A stretch of 64,000 nucleotides of DNA from Chrysomallon squamiferum (taxonomy: Eukaryota > Animalia > Mollusca): positions 13,702,001 through 13,766,000 of the forward strand of contig CM022674.1 of the NCBI GenBank assembly GCA_012295275.1. Reading direction: 5' to 3'. Below the pieces are notes generated by a model. That model was not told where the DNA came from, did no database searches, and saw nothing but the letters and a program-made list of their open reading frames with translations. Below, piece after piece: positions 1 to 13,833 of this stretch. The number at the start of each line of letters is the position of its first letter. Position 1 is the stretch's first letter. The translations under genes were made by a program, and so were the position numbers.

Positions 1-309
1 GATAGATTGATACATATACAAATAGATAATGGACAAATAGATGCATACATACAGACAAAGAGACAGATCGACAGACTGATTGATACACAGACAGAGTGAT
101 AATGGACAAAGAGATACAAACATATATACAGACAGACAGACAGATATATAGATAGAGAAAGACTGATATAAAATAGATAGCAAAGAATGACTGATGGAAA
201 TTTAGATTCACAATAGAAAAATGATCGATGGACTAATGGAATGGTGGTGACTGGAAAAGTGGTTATGAACAGAACTATGCCTGGACGGATAGATGGATGG
301 ATGTCGTAC

Positions 310-427
310 CTATTGTTCCTTTTTTGTTCTCCATCACTTTAAGTCCGTGTGCCTTTACTATAGTCAGACTGAGTTTTTCAGCTGTAGGTAAGTACATCAG
401 AGCAATCTGCACCTCTCCTAGATTCTC
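310..427 (-). CDS. Synaptotagmin coding exon 4 (start of C2B)
   Basis: TACAG|GAG acceptor; ENLGEVQIALMYLPTAEKLSLTIVKAHGLKVMENKKGTI; donor G|GTACGA. Confidence 0.9.
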
Positions 428-1781
428 CTGTAATAGTAATAATAACAACTACAACAACGACAACAACAGCAACAGCAATAATAATGATGATAATAATAAT
501 AATAATAATAATAATAATTATTATAATAATAATAATAACTGATATGATGATGTAATGATGATTATAATGAGCTTTATGGTGATGATATAAATTTTGATGA
601 TAATTATGATGATCCGTAGTAATAGAAATAATACTAGTTATAGTATTAGAAGCAACAGTAGCAGTTGTGGTTATAGTAATAATAATGGTAGTAGTAGTAG
701 TAGTGCTTGTAGTAGTAGTAGTAGTAGTAGTAGTTGTAGTAGTAGTAGTAGTAGTAGTAGTAGGGGTCGTAGAAGTAGAAATAGTAATAGTAGTGACAGC
801 AGTCATGAAAGCATAGATGATTATAAAGAAAAGAAAATGATGAAAACTATAAATAAATAAATAAATAAATAAATAAACAACATTACTCACATCTACTGGA
901 GGCTGCAGCTGTTCATTAAATTCAATTTCCGTTTCCGTCTGCCACTCTATATCCAATAACGGAACGGTTATCTCCCCTACTACGATGTGGCGGGAGTATT
1001 TGTCGAAGTCGCAGACGAGCAGTTTAATCGTGTACGACCCAACGTCGTTCGGATCCACAGGCACTATAAACAGCTCATTAAACACAGGGTCGTCAGACCG
1101 GCGAAGTATTTTCGTCTGGAACTCCACATCGAGGTTGTTGATCATCTGCTCACGTGACGGTTTCCCGCGAAACGTGAAGAAGTGTTTTGGCGCGTGGTAG
1201 AGCCTCACTTTCACGTAGGGCGTCATGGCGCCGTGCGGCTCGGTAGCCGAGAAGTTGGTGAGGTTGACGACGCGAATGCTCAGTTTTCCGTCCACCCGGT
1301 CGTACATGAGTTTGAAAGCGAGGCGAGCTTCTTGGTAGATGTACAACGTAGGCGACGCCGGCGCCTCTGGTGAACTAGATGATGAGCGTAAACCCTCTTT
1401 CTTTGATCGATCCTGTAAATACATTATTATTAGTTGTAGTGATAGTAGTAGTAGTAGTAGTAGTAGTAGTGATAGTAGTAGTAGTAGTACTAGTAATTCT
1501 ATTTTTGTCAGTCAAGTGATAGTAGCAGCATTAATATCAAAACCAGCAGTTGTTGTAGTAGTTGTAGTAGTAGTAGTGGTAGTAGTAGTAGTAGTAGTAA
1601 TTATATTTTTATCAGTCAAGTGTTAGTAGCAGCAGTAATATCAGAACCAGCAGTTGTTGTAGTAGTTGTAGTAGTAACAGTAGTAATAATACCAGTAATA
1701 GTTGTAGTACGTAGTTAGTAGTAGTAGTAGTAGTAGTAGCAGCAGTAGTAGTAGTAGTAGTAGACTGTAGTAGTAGTAGTT

Positions 1782-1817
<36 letters not shown>

Positions 1818-3288
1818 ATAGTAGTAGTAGTAGTTAGTAGTAGTAGTAGCCGAAGTAGTAGTAGAGGTAGTATTATATCTACACAAAGGCTAACACGATC
1901 ATAAACACAAACACAAGAAACATTTAGACGTTTAGATCTACACATTTACTGGTCCCGGTACCTGTTTCATTTCTATGATGTCCGCGTCCGACCAGTCGGA
2001 TGATTCCGTTTCTCTTCCGCTCGGCACGGACAAGTTCCAGAAACTTCGGGACTGTTCGGCTGCCAGCGGAGATTTGTACGGCATCGTTGATCCGTAGTAG
2101 TTGAGTGGGACGCCTTCTTGTTCTGAAAATACATCCGGGTTTTATTTACGAACAGAAACACACCAGATACAAGTGTTAAAATTATGTTTATTATTATGTT
2201 TATAAATATTGTGTTTTTTCGTTCAGTTATTATTGATAATAGGATCAGGAGGTTATTGGTCTTTATTTAGATACAAACTGAAATATTGAAACTAATCTGA
2301 ATTAGTAGTAACAACAGTAGTAGGAAGTTGTAGTAGTAGTAGCGATGAAGGTAGTAGCAGTACTAATAGAAGATAGTAGTGATAAAGGTCATAATCTACT
2401 AATAGTAATAGTCGTAGTAGTGGTTGTTGTCGTCGTTTTTTTTTTCTCGTTTTTTTTTCTTGTTAATACTATTCATTATACTTTCTGCATGCATATTGCT
2501 TTGTAATTTATATTTGTAATTTATTAATAATACAATGGCATGTCATCTTTTTATATAATGATCAATTGTACTTTTTTGTTTCTTTTTATTATCAATCAAC
2601 AGCAAGGCTTTTTGAATTCACACCTTACAATATACAGGAAAATGCGATGCTTAACTAGTCATGAGACCTAGTCTGGAACAGGAAATGTCAGTCAACGGCT
2701 CTAATCGCTGGACCAAAATTCTTTATATATATATACATATTTATTTATTTAAATGTCAGGAAACGACATAACAGCCGCATCAGAAAATGCTTTATTTTAA
2801 AATTCTAAACGATAAGCTTATAACACCACGTGACATTTGAAACTGCTATCAGCAAGTGATTTTTAACAATCCTGTAAACAGATGTATGATAACATTCTGG
2901 GATCACGGGGCTAAGTGACCTTAATATTGTAGTGTCACAGTTAACTGACCTACTGAATATTTAAATTAGCTCTTTCAACAGCTGCATGCAAACGTCTGCT
3001 TATTAACCTGACCTAGATATATTTTTGGATGTATAAACTAGATTCCTTTAACTGTTTGTTTATTGTATATGTTGGGTTATTTTTATTTTTTTATTTTATT
3101 TTATTTTATTTTTTTTTTTTTTTAAACTGTCCAACTGGTTGTGTTAAAGTGAACTAGATTTTTGTTGGTTCTTTTCATCTTTCCCAATTAGCTTTTATGT
3201 CCACCCTCATCAGCAATCACATAATTATAATAAATTAATATGAAAAAGATACAGAACAAACAAAACTTACGTAACGACGGTATAAAGA

Positions 3289-3386
<98 letters not shown>

Positions 3387-3953
3387 GTGAAATGTCAAAC
3401 TTGTTGCACAAAGCAGTATTTAATGAGTGCACATTACGTGCACTGAATAACACATAATTGTAAGCATTTAGCAGCTGTAGCGTTCCCCCTGTTTTCAGCT
3501 AGAATCTACAGAAGTAAAAATTGCCGTAACGTTTTGCATCCTGGGATCGGTGACGTCACTGAAAACAACTGATTACCGGTGTAGGCGGTAATGCCACTGT
3601 TACAAGTCGTACACTGGCGAACGTTGGATCATGAATCACTTGTCCCAGGGTTTACAGTTCTTTCATAAAGGTGTCTCTTCGGCCATAAGAAGATATAGCT
3701 TACATCTATTCTTTATAGTTTCAAATTGTTTTGATTGTTTTTGTTGTTGTGTTTTTTTTGTGGTTTTTTTTTTTTTTTTTCTTTTTTTTTTCTTGTTGTT
3801 TTCTTACCGTCGTATGAATAAAAAAATATAACAACAAAAGTCAGAAAACGATCTGACCTCGCCATTCTTCTGTGGTCGTGACGTCACTGCGTACAGAGTG
3901 GATATTTGTGATCTAAAGTTTTTCTGACGTTGTCACACATAAATACATACATC

Positions 3954-4013
<60 letters not shown>

Positions 4014-4138
4014 TATAGAGTCAGAGACACACACACACACACACATACATACATATACATACATACATACATACATATATAAACATATGTACACATACAT
4101 ACATACATAATACATAATACAAACACACACACACACAC

Positions 4139-4185
<47 letters not shown>

Positions 4186-4944
4186 AACAAATGAATTACC
4201 ATATAAATAGGAAAAAAATCAAATTACTTGTTTCGAATATATTAAAACATCATAAGTGTTTATTAGTAAAAACGTCCACATATTCATATGCGTGGAGCTT
4301 GTTCGAGGAATAAACAATAACGTTATGAATCATCATAAACATTTTAATAAACAGAACTGCATTCGTTTATCTTGTATCGCTTGTAAAACATTTATTGCTT
4401 GCTAGTGGCAGTGAATTATATTGTTTTATTTCAGATTGTTTACTTTTAAACAGTCTTCAGTATTTGGCTATTTGCTATATGTCATCGGTCAGAAATGTAC
4501 GTTTTGAACGTGCGTTTTTGATGGTGTACCTATGTGTATGCATGTTTTTGCGTGTTTATCTATGTGTATGCATGTTTTTGTGTGTTTATCTATGTGTACA
4601 AGTGTGCTGTATGAACGTATAAGTGTGCTTTGTGTATTTATGCCAGTGTGTTTATGTGTGTATTTGCTCTACGTTTATGTATATGTTTTCCGTTATTGTT
4701 TGCGAGAAAGAGGAAGATGAAATAAAGAGTCAGACAAAATGATCTGTTCGGCTGTCTTTCTGTTTATCCCTCTGTCTGTCTATATAAGAAATTCAGGGAC
4801 AGATTGTGCTTTAGGTAAGTGGAGGTTTCCGAAACAGTATATAAATGTTTATAATTTGAAATTATAAACTGTACTTTGTTTGTCTGTTCACAGTTCTTGA
4901 CACTGATATCTCTTTGTCGGTGCTTGCCGCTGTAGATATTTATT

Positions 4945-5016
<72 letters not shown>

Positions 5017-6269
5017 TTTTTTATTTTTTATATTCTTTTTTTATTTATTTTTTTCCTTTTTTTTATGCAACTGGAATAAACAACAGCATCATCCTCCTTG
5101 AAGTGTGTGTATGTATTTGTGTGTATATACTTGTGTGTACGTGTTTGTGTGTACATATGTGTGTGTACGTATGTATGTGTACATATTTGTGTGTATGTAT
5201 TTGTGTGTATGTATTTGTGTGTACGTGTTTGTGTGTACATATGTGTGTGTACGTATGTATGTGTACCTATTTGTGTGTATGTATTTGTGTGTACATATTT
5301 GTGTGTATGTATTTGTGTGTATGTATTTGTATGTACGTATTTGTGTGTACGTATTTGTGTGTACGTATTTGTGTACGTATTTGTGTGTATGTATTTGTGT
5401 GTATGTATTTGTGTGTATGTATTTGTGTGTATGTATTTGTATGTACGTATTTGTGTGTACGTATTTGTGTGTACGTATTTGTGTACGTATTTGTGTGTAT
5501 GTATTTGTGTGTATGTATTTGTGTGTACGTTTTTGTGTGTATGTATTTGTGTGTATGTATTTGTGTGTATGTATTTGTGTGTACGTTTTTGTGTGTATGT
5601 ATTTGTGTGTATCTAATTGTGTGTATGTATTTGTGTGTATGTATTTGTGTGTATGTATTTGTGTGTATGTATTTGTGTGTATGTCTGCCTGTATATCAAT
5701 CTGTATCACTGTACGTCTGTATGTCTGTAGGACTCTCTGTCTATGTGTCTATTTATTGAGGATAAAAAGAAATATTTGAGTGTTTATAAAGAAAGAAACA
5801 AATGCACAGAATGATCTGTCCGACTGTTTTGCTGTCTGTCCATCTTCATGTACCTTCATACGCATTTATTTGGGTTAGGTGTGTTTATCTCCCTTCTCAT
5901 CAGTCTACCGTATTTATGTCTGTCTAACTGTCTTTCTGTCTGTCCTGCTCTATATTTTCGGTCGTGTATTGATGTACATTTTTCTTTATTTTAAGTAATA
6001 TTATGTGTATGAACTTACAAATTACTAATTATTACACATATATATATATACAAACATACATTAACTATCAATATGGTTATACTTTAAACCGACTAAATAA
6101 ATGATGAAGTAAACTTGCCTTTAGGATTTTCTTTCGTGTCGAAGAAACAAGGGTACAGACAGCCCACTGGACAGACGATGCAGGCAACGATGATGATCAC
6201 GACGGCCAAGAACATCGCGACGCCACCAACGACGGCCAGTTTCTCAAAGACGTCAAACGTCTCGAACAT
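310..6269 (-). CDS. Synaptotagmin-family protein, 5' part (TM + C2A + start of C2B); coding exons 6119-6269, 1962-2122, 891-1412, 310-427; gene continues beyond window start
   Basis: Four exons join in frame with phases 1,0,0,1. N-terminal hydrophobic helix LAVVGGVAMFLAVVIIIVACIVC followed by a Cys cluster; C2A motifs PYVKVRL, FQTKILRRSDDPVFNELF and VCDFDKYSRHIVVGE; C2B start LGEVQIALMYLPTAEKLSLTIVKA. Subfamily not assignable by eye. Confidence 0.9.
431..880. repeat. Compound (AAT)n/(TAG)n/(AAAT)n microsatellite filling a synaptotagmin intron
   Basis: Directly visible simple repeats. Confidence 0.9.
891..1412 (-). CDS. Synaptotagmin coding exon 3 (C2A)
   Basis: TTTACAG|GAT acceptor; 174 codons DRSKKEG...QLQPPVD; donor |GTGAGT; corresponds to the complex part of ORF 378..1424. 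Confidence 0.93.
1430..1870. repeat. (TAG)n microsatellite tract
   Basis: Directly visible. Confidence 0.9.
1962..2122 (-). CDS. Synaptotagmin coding exon 2 (linker)
   Basis: TTTTCAG|AA acceptor in phase 1; EQEGVPLNYYGSTMPYKSPLAAEQSRSFWNLSVPSGRETESSDWSDADIIEMKQ; donor CAG|GTACCG in phase 0. Confidence 0.82.
3301..3384. repeat. (AG)n microsatellite
   Basis: Directly visible. Confidence 0.95.
3550..3887. promoter_or_regulatory. Pair of perfect CRE palindromes (GTGACGTCAC at 3550-3559 and 3878-3887) in a CpG-rich intronic patch
   Basis: TGACGTCA is the CREB/ATF consensus; both copies read GTGACGTCACTG; function is inferred. Confidence 0.45.
5103..5683. repeat. 14-bp minisatellite (GTGTGTATGTATTT)n
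   Basis: Directly visible tandem units; source of the V/C/Y-rich spurious ORFs. Confidence 0.92.
6119..6269 (-). CDS. Synaptotagmin coding exon 1 (N-terminal transmembrane segment)
   Basis: ATG at 6269; MFETFDVFEKLAVVGGVAMFLAVVIIIVACIVCPVGCLYPCFFDTKENPK; non-canonical donor AAG|GCAAGT; upstream acceptor TTCAG| places the exon start at 6333. Confidence 0.85.
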
Positions 6270-6666
6270 AGTCGTCGTCGTCGTCGTTTGTTGTTGTTGT
6301 TTTTAATCACTTGTGGGACCAGACAACTTGGCTCTGAATTTTAATTGATAAATAATTAGTTAAGTAAATAAGTAAGTAAATACGTAAATAAGTAAGTAAG
6401 TAAGTAAATAGGTTATTATGTAAGTAAATGAACAAATACAATACATTACAAAATAATTTTACTACTGTTACTACTACTACTACTACTACCAATACTACTA
6501 GTACTGCTGCTGCTGCTGCTACTACTACTATTTTATTAGTAGTTATTATACTGCTCCAACAAATACCATAACCAGAACCATTAATAATAATATAAAAAAT
6601 AACCAGAGAAAGAAGAAAAATAAGAAAAGCAAATTAACAAACAACAACAACAACAACAACAGCAGC

Positions 6667-6713
<47 letters not shown>

Positions 6714-7715
6714 TAATAACATAAACAAATAAACAACAGTATGATGATGATGATGATGATGATGAAGATGATAAATCATAAATTAATAACAGCAACTGCA
6801 ATATAATAAAAAGCTAATTAAAATAAGTAAAACAACCTGCTTTAGTGGTAGATTATTTCGTTTTGCTTGATCGCGAGGTAAAAAAATAAAAATAAAAATA
6901 AAACATAAAACAACAGAGGGAGGACTGTTCAATTTATCGACTGGTTTATTTTTATCTATTAAACCAAAACATTCATTCATTTTTATAATTATTTTATTTC
7001 GATTATCAATAAAAAAAAAAAAATAAAATAAATAACTAATAATAAAAAATTAAATTTGATATGATTCTAAACGAGTTTAACATCTGTTGCTTAAAGGGCC
7101 CAACCCAGTTTTGTTTTCGGAACCACTGTTTAGATTTGATTTGAACTGGTAATAAGATAAATGTAAAAAAAAAAAACACCAATATTTTCTGAGATAGTGG
7201 GAGCATCACACCACCACCACCCCTTCTACCCGCTAAATTATGTCCTAATTATAATCAGATTTATTATTTCCATCACAAAACGTAAATATTATAATTTTTT
7301 TTTTTTTTTTTTTTTTTTTAATGGATGCGCTTCGTAACGCAATACTAATTTCTATACCACTAGTAATGATTGCAAATAAATAGATTGAAAATAAAATAAC
7401 AAAGTAATATATAATGAAAACCCTAGGCTAATTTTTTAACAAATGTTAAAATAACCACAGGAAAGATATGATCATTTTCGTGTGGTTATTTATTAAATAT
7501 ATTAATAAGGGCTTTACATTAAATATTATTCTTCAGACATGAACCGTCACGGGATCAAATTCCCCACCCACTGATGGTGTGTTGCATTTTGTTATTGTTA
7601 ATGTTGTTACAGCTTCATTGCCGTTTTTGTTATCCTCTTCATCGTCATTGCTAGCGTCAGCATTATTACTGGCTAATTATTACCGTAGTTGTTGTTGTTA
7701 CTGTTGTTTACTATT

Positions 7716-7747
<32 letters not shown>

Positions 7748-7753
7748 TATTAT

Positions 7754-7794
<41 letters not shown>

Positions 7795-8447
7795 GGTTAT
7801 GGCATTATTATTGCTGTATTTTGTTATTATTTTTCCTGTTGTTGTTGCTATGGTTGTTGAGGCATTTTTTTTTTAAACATTATCGTTATTAGCAGCAACA
7901 TGAATATCCTTTATCGTGACAAATATGATAACAACATCATCATCGTCGTCGTCGTCGTCATCATCAGTATCATTACAACTAGTTTACTGTTTTCAAAGTA
8001 CGTTTTGTCTGCAATAGTTAATGTTAGTTACGATAATCGTAGTAGTTACAGTTAGCTGTAAAGTGTCAAATAAATAACGTGACATTTACTTTTATTTTTA
8101 TTTATTTATTTTTCACCAAAAATGATATTTAAATTTAACATCACAAACTGAGAACAATTAATCATGCGGTATCACTGGGAATAATTATTCAGCACAAACA
8201 TTATTTTTTCGTTAAAAGATCTGCAGTAACTTAAATGTTGATAACTTTGAATTTTCTTAATTTCTTTAGTTTCATAATAAGTTTTTGTGATTCATATTAA
8301 TTATTTCTCCTGAAAGCACATAAAGAGTGGTATTTATTAACATTGAATAAAAGTGGGATATTATATTAATTTGATTTTTAATGGAATATGAATAAAAAAG
8401 CTCTCTGTCTATCCGCTATTAATTGCATTAGTAATTATTACTCGTTT

Positions 8448-8484
<37 letters not shown>

Positions 8485-9123
8485 TTAATTTAGTTACTTA
8501 GATAGTCAGTTATTTTATTTTATTTTATTTTATTGTATTTTATTATTATTATTTTTTATCTTATTTATTACTATATTATAAATTTCAATAGGTAATAATT
8601 TTTATGTTTGTACATACATAACTCATAAATATAAAATATCGGCCACCAAGTAAGCAACGCTCTTTTGCAATTAAATAATTTACATATCAAAATAATATCA
8701 AATAGCAGTAAAACATGGTTAAAAATAAAACAGGTATAATTGCAGTAGCTTTTGTCGTTGATGCTATTTTTGTTGTCGTTGTTGTTGTCGTCGTAGTTGT
8801 ATAAGTGATAGTACTATTGGCAGCAAACGCAACAGTGCTAGTAGTGGTAGTAATGGTAATAATATTAATGGTAGTACTAGTAACCGTTGTTAAAATATTA
8901 GTAGTAATGTGTATTGGTTTTAGTAATAGTAATTGCAGTAGTAACAACAGTAGTAATAACAGTAGTTGTAGTAGCAGCACTAATATTAGTAACAGTAGCA
9001 GTAGTAGTAGTAGTAATTGTTAAACGCCTTTCAAAACCGTATTGCCATCGTTATCATCATCATGATCATTACGATCACAACAACCATTAGCATCATGATC
9101 ATTATTATTAGTAATAATATTGC

Positions 9124-9189
<66 letters not shown>

Positions 9190-9623
9190 CGGTGAAGTTG
9201 TTTTGTTATATTAATATTATTTCCTCATTGCTGATGGTTATATTTAACATAACTTGCGTTGTTACCGTCATCTACTTCGACGTCGCCATCATTATAAATA
9301 TTGCTGTTCATGTCGATATATGGTTGTTTTCAAGCAAACGGCAATGATATTGTTATACATTTGTTACATATGCTTACGGTTCTTTGATTACATTATTGTT
9401 ATGTTATATTTATCATCAACATAATGATTATTTTTTGTTATTAATATTGTTATTGCTTTGTTATTTCCATTATTATGTTTCTTTTTTTTTCTTCTTCTTC
9501 TTTTTATTATTATTCAGATTACAGTAATGAGTAAATTATTCATTTAAATATTCAGTACATCAATTTCCGAGAAAAAACAACAACAGAAATACCAAAACAA
9601 AAATACAAAAAAATAAAACTGAC

Positions 9624-9890
9624 CTGCAAAAATCCAAATTTCCCATCTTCACTCAGTTCGAACCGTTAAATATCCTTTCCCTCAGTTTAAGCAGTGTTTT
9701 TAGCAAACAAATACTAAACAAATATTAGCAACATTCTTTATCACTGTAGTTATTTCACCTTTTAAACATGCCATACATATATAAAGCAAAATGGCGGACT
9801 TTAAAGTGTCAACGTCTGCTAGCTGTGGCGCGTGCAACAGATGTTCATTTTATTGCCTCTCTGCAATTATAATCTATAAAGCTTTCTGTG
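9624..9890 (-). promoter_or_regulatory. Candidate promoter and non-coding first exon of the synaptotagmin gene
   Basis: Donor-like TTTGCAG|GTCAGT at 9624; YY1-like CAAAATGGCGG at 9787-9797; TATA-like tract near 9866-9880; CpG-containing unique sequence. No transcript evidence. Confidence 0.35.
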
Positions 9891-10559
9891 TGTTGTATGT
9901 ATGTATACCTACATCAGTCGCTTGAATCATCGAGATATCCTTTCCAAAACCAGATACTGCGTTTGACATTTTAGTTAGCAGAGTTGTAATTTCGGCTCCC
10001 ACAGGCTCGAAAACAAGCTCAAATGCGATAATGGAATAACAACCTCAATTATTTTATTCAGACGAAATTGTTATGAAAATATTCAGAGGCCAACAAATGC
10101 GGGAATTAACAAACAGTTTTTTTATATGTATATATATATGCAGTGGACATCCTGAAAAGGGGTCAGACACGGTGATGACCGCATAGTCGCAGTGGTCAAG
10201 TGGTTGTTATGGTAATCTTGCAATCATAATAAAATATATCTTGTTACAAAATAAAAGTTATTTTACAGTGATTTTTTTTTTTTTAAATGTCATTAAAGGT
10301 CTAACTGTATGTTATTTCATAAATATATTTTATATATTTCCAAGTTATTGTTGGGTGTAACGATTTACTGAGTTTAAAAAAAAAAAAAAAAAAAAATCAA
10401 TTTATTATTATTATTATTATTATTATTTTTCTTGTTGATGATGATTTTTTTTCTACTATCACTGTATTTTGGTTTTACTTTTTATTACTCATGTTTGGAA
10501 TGGGTTGCTGTTTTTTGGTATTTCTTATATTGTTTCTTTGTTTTTACTTTCAACTTTCA

Positions 10560-10590
<31 letters not shown>

Positions 10591-11389
10591 CATTTACTTC
10601 TACACGTTCAATTTGCTTGTATACGTATAGTAATTACATACGTTTTTAATGTTATTTTATTTTTATGGGGAATCAATTTTTACTGATACATTCCTTTCAT
10701 ATCACTATCGCTATTTTATTTTATTTCATTCCGTTCTATTATTATTCTGTAGCTGACATTTCTGACCTCTTAATTAATTATGACCTCATAACATGCGTAC
10801 TGGAATGTAGCAATAGAACGAATTGATCCCGCGACCTCGGGCACCCCTCTGTGCAAACCGTATCTAATTTAAGGATATGTCTATTACCTATCAGACGTGC
10901 TGCTAACACTGGACACATCTGTCACACTCGTTTTTGTACAACACAGGCGAAGTGGACATAGCACACAATTGAATGGATCGTGTTGCTTTACGGACGTTTA
11001 TTGATATAATAGCCATACATCTTCTCTCACGTCATAAGCAGCTGACGCCATTGTTTTCTTGTCCTTTGTGTTTCTTTCCTTTTCGTTTCCTCCGCAAGTT
11101 TTCTTTTTGTTTTAAAATAGTCGTGTTTGTTTGTTTTTTTTTTTTTTTTGTTCGTGTTGTTTTCTGTGGTTTTATTTATTTATTTATTTATTTTATCGGA
11201 GTGTTCTAGTAGTTTTTTTGTTTTTTTTGTTTGTTTGTTTTTATTGTTTTATTTTAATCATCTATGTCTGCATGTATTTTGTATGAACGGTGCTTATTTT
11301 TTTTTTTATATATGTATATATATATTTATTATTATTATTCATTTTATTTTTATTTTTACTTTTATAATCATCCTTATCTTCATCAACTA

Positions 11390-11450
<61 letters not shown>

Positions 11451-11559
11451 TTATTTATTTATTTATTTATTTGTTTATTTTCAAATACTCTGTCACGTCT
11501 TTTTCAGTTTCTGTATTTTTCTCGTGTAATGTTTCCTTACTACTGAAATTAACTATCTA

Positions 11560-11654
11560 TAGTGAGAGCAGCAGCAGTACTACTAGTAGTAGTAGTAGTA
11601 ATAGTAGTAGTAGCAGCAGTAGTAGTAATAGTAGTAGTAGTAGTAATAGTAGTC

Positions 11655-11688
<34 letters not shown>

Positions 11689-12250
11689 CAGTAGTAGTAG
11701 CAGTAGCAGTAGTAGTAGTAGGTACTAGTAGTAGCAGTAGTAGTAGCAGTAGTAGAGTAGCAATAGTAGTAGCAATAGTAGTAGGTACTAGTAGTAGCAG
11801 TAGTAGCAGTAGTAGTAGCAATAGTAGTAGTAGCAATAGTAGTAGCAATAGTAGTAGTAGCAATAGTAGTAGCAGTAGTAGTAGCAGTAGTAGTAGTAGC
11901 AATAGTAGTAGCAATAGTAGTAGCAGTAGTAGTAGTAGGTACTAGTAGTTACAGTAGCAGTAGGTAGTAGTAGGTACTAGTAGTAGCAGTAGTAGTAGTA
12001 GGTACTAGTAGTAGCAGTAGTAGTACAACTAGTAGTAGTAGTAGCAGCAGTAGTAGTACTAACAGCAGTAATAGTACTACTAGTAGTAGTAATAGTAGTA
12101 GGTAGTAGTAGTAGTAGCAGTAGTAATAGTAGTAGCAGCAGCAGCAGTAGTAGTAGTAATAGTAGTAGTAGTACCAGTAGTAGTATAGTAGTAGTAGTAG
12201 TAGTAGTAGCAGTAGTAATAGTAGTAGCAGTAGTAGTAGCAGTAGTAGTA

Positions 12251-12298
<48 letters not shown>

Positions 12299-12640
12299 CA
12301 GTAGTGGGTAGTAGTAGTAGTAGCAGTAGTAGGTAGTAGTGGTAGTAATACTAGTAGAAGAAGTAATGGTGATGGTAGTAAAAATAGTTGTAGGAGTAAT
12401 AGTGACGGTGGTGGTGGTGGTGGTGGTGGTAAACGTAGTGGTAGCAGTAGTAGTGCTAGTAGTAGTAGTAGTACTCGTGATGGTAGTCGTGGTGGAGGTA
12501 AACGTAGCAAGTGGTAGTAGTTGTAGTGATAGTGATCGTGGTAGTGGTAAAAGTGTTAGTAGTAGCAGTACTAGTGATGGTGATGCTGATAACGTTGTGG
12601 TAGTAGTAGTAGTATCAGTGGTGATGATAGTAGTAATTAA
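11560..12640. repeat. About 1.1-kb degenerate (TAG/CAG/TGG)n trinucleotide array
   Basis: Directly visible. Confidence 0.92.
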
Positions 12641-13499
12641 CAGATGAGTCATTTAATGAATAATGAAAACCAGTGGGGTTTTTTCTTTTAACATTTTACA
12701 TTCCCCAAGCTGACTTTTAAATTATTAATTAATTTATAATAAGGTATTATTAAAAATAAAACAGATGTGAATGATATTATTGTAGAATTTATTCAGTTCA
12801 TCAAAAGCAATGATACAAAGTGTAAATGAGCCATCTTCAATCATGGAATGTCACACACAAAATATAATCACGAAAACAGGTCAGTACGAGCTATAATTTC
12901 AGCGCACGTTAGACCCGAGCTTTCAGAAACTGATCAATAATTATATGAATGTATGAAAGCGAACACTCTGGCAGTATAAAATACAGCAATGGAAATACAT
13001 TGAATACAGACGTATACGACAGATAAGTGCGCCAATTTTGTTCTGTAATTAAATTACGAAGGACAAGCAAGGCGGGATTTAAACCCGCTTCCGATTTTGT
13101 ATCAAAATATATAGACGAAAGCTATTTAACTCTTGTCATTATCGACTTACTCAAAACATTTAAACCAAAATAACATTTTTTTTTAAAATATTGGGCCAAA
13201 TAAATAAATCTATGCTATTTTATTGTGTTCTGTCATCAGTTCTTGGTTCAAATTATTTTATTCTAATGTATTACGGGAAACTGCGTCTGTGCTATCAAGG
13301 TTTTCTTTCAATAAAAATCAAGCATGACAGACGACGAATTTTTTCGTTCATTTTTTTCCCCCAAATAAATGTTTTAAACAACAGACACGGTTTTAGAATT
13401 ATTATATCGCCCTTACTATGGTGGTAAATTAAGGTCTTTAAGTTTAAACATACAAGTTATTGAAAGCGTTAATTTCAGCAAACTTTCATTACCTTATTA

Positions 13500-13779
13500 T
13501 TTATAGATACATTTATCATTCATACAATTCGAGATATATTGCCTGATTAAAAAACAACATTTACATACTAACCTGGCTGACATAATATAATTTCAATATA
13601 ATCATAAAAAAAAAAAAAAATTATGATTTAATCACTTCTGTCAAATTAATTATGGCAACTGAAACAAATTCTAAATAACTAACCTCTTTACAGTTCTTTT
13701 TACCAATGTTGAACAATTTGAAATAACTAAAAATGGTACCAGATCACAAATAGCAATACATAGCAAGGTTTAGAAAGAC

Positions 13780-13833
<54 letters not shown>

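Noticed and set aside
378-890. C-terminal half of the 348-aa ORF (poly-Thr/His/Ile/Val)
   Set aside because: Read-through of a microsatellite-filled intron; a canonical GTGAGT donor at 890 and an in-phase C2B exon explain the gene.
3808-4930. Possible extra synaptotagmin coding exons near 3808-3922 and 4875-4930
   Set aside because: Exon 6119-6269 already joins 1962-2122 in frame; these segments have weak sites or incompatible phases.
5028-5779. Five overlapping 70-224 aa ORFs
   Set aside because: Stop-free translation of a 14-bp minisatellite.
11549-12652. Long poly-Leu/Thr/Ser/Val ORFs
   Set aside because: Translation of a trinucleotide array.
13066-13092. tRNA gene suggested by a T-arm-like hairpin
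   Set aside because: No acceptor, D or anticodon arms can be folded; more likely a SINE remnant.
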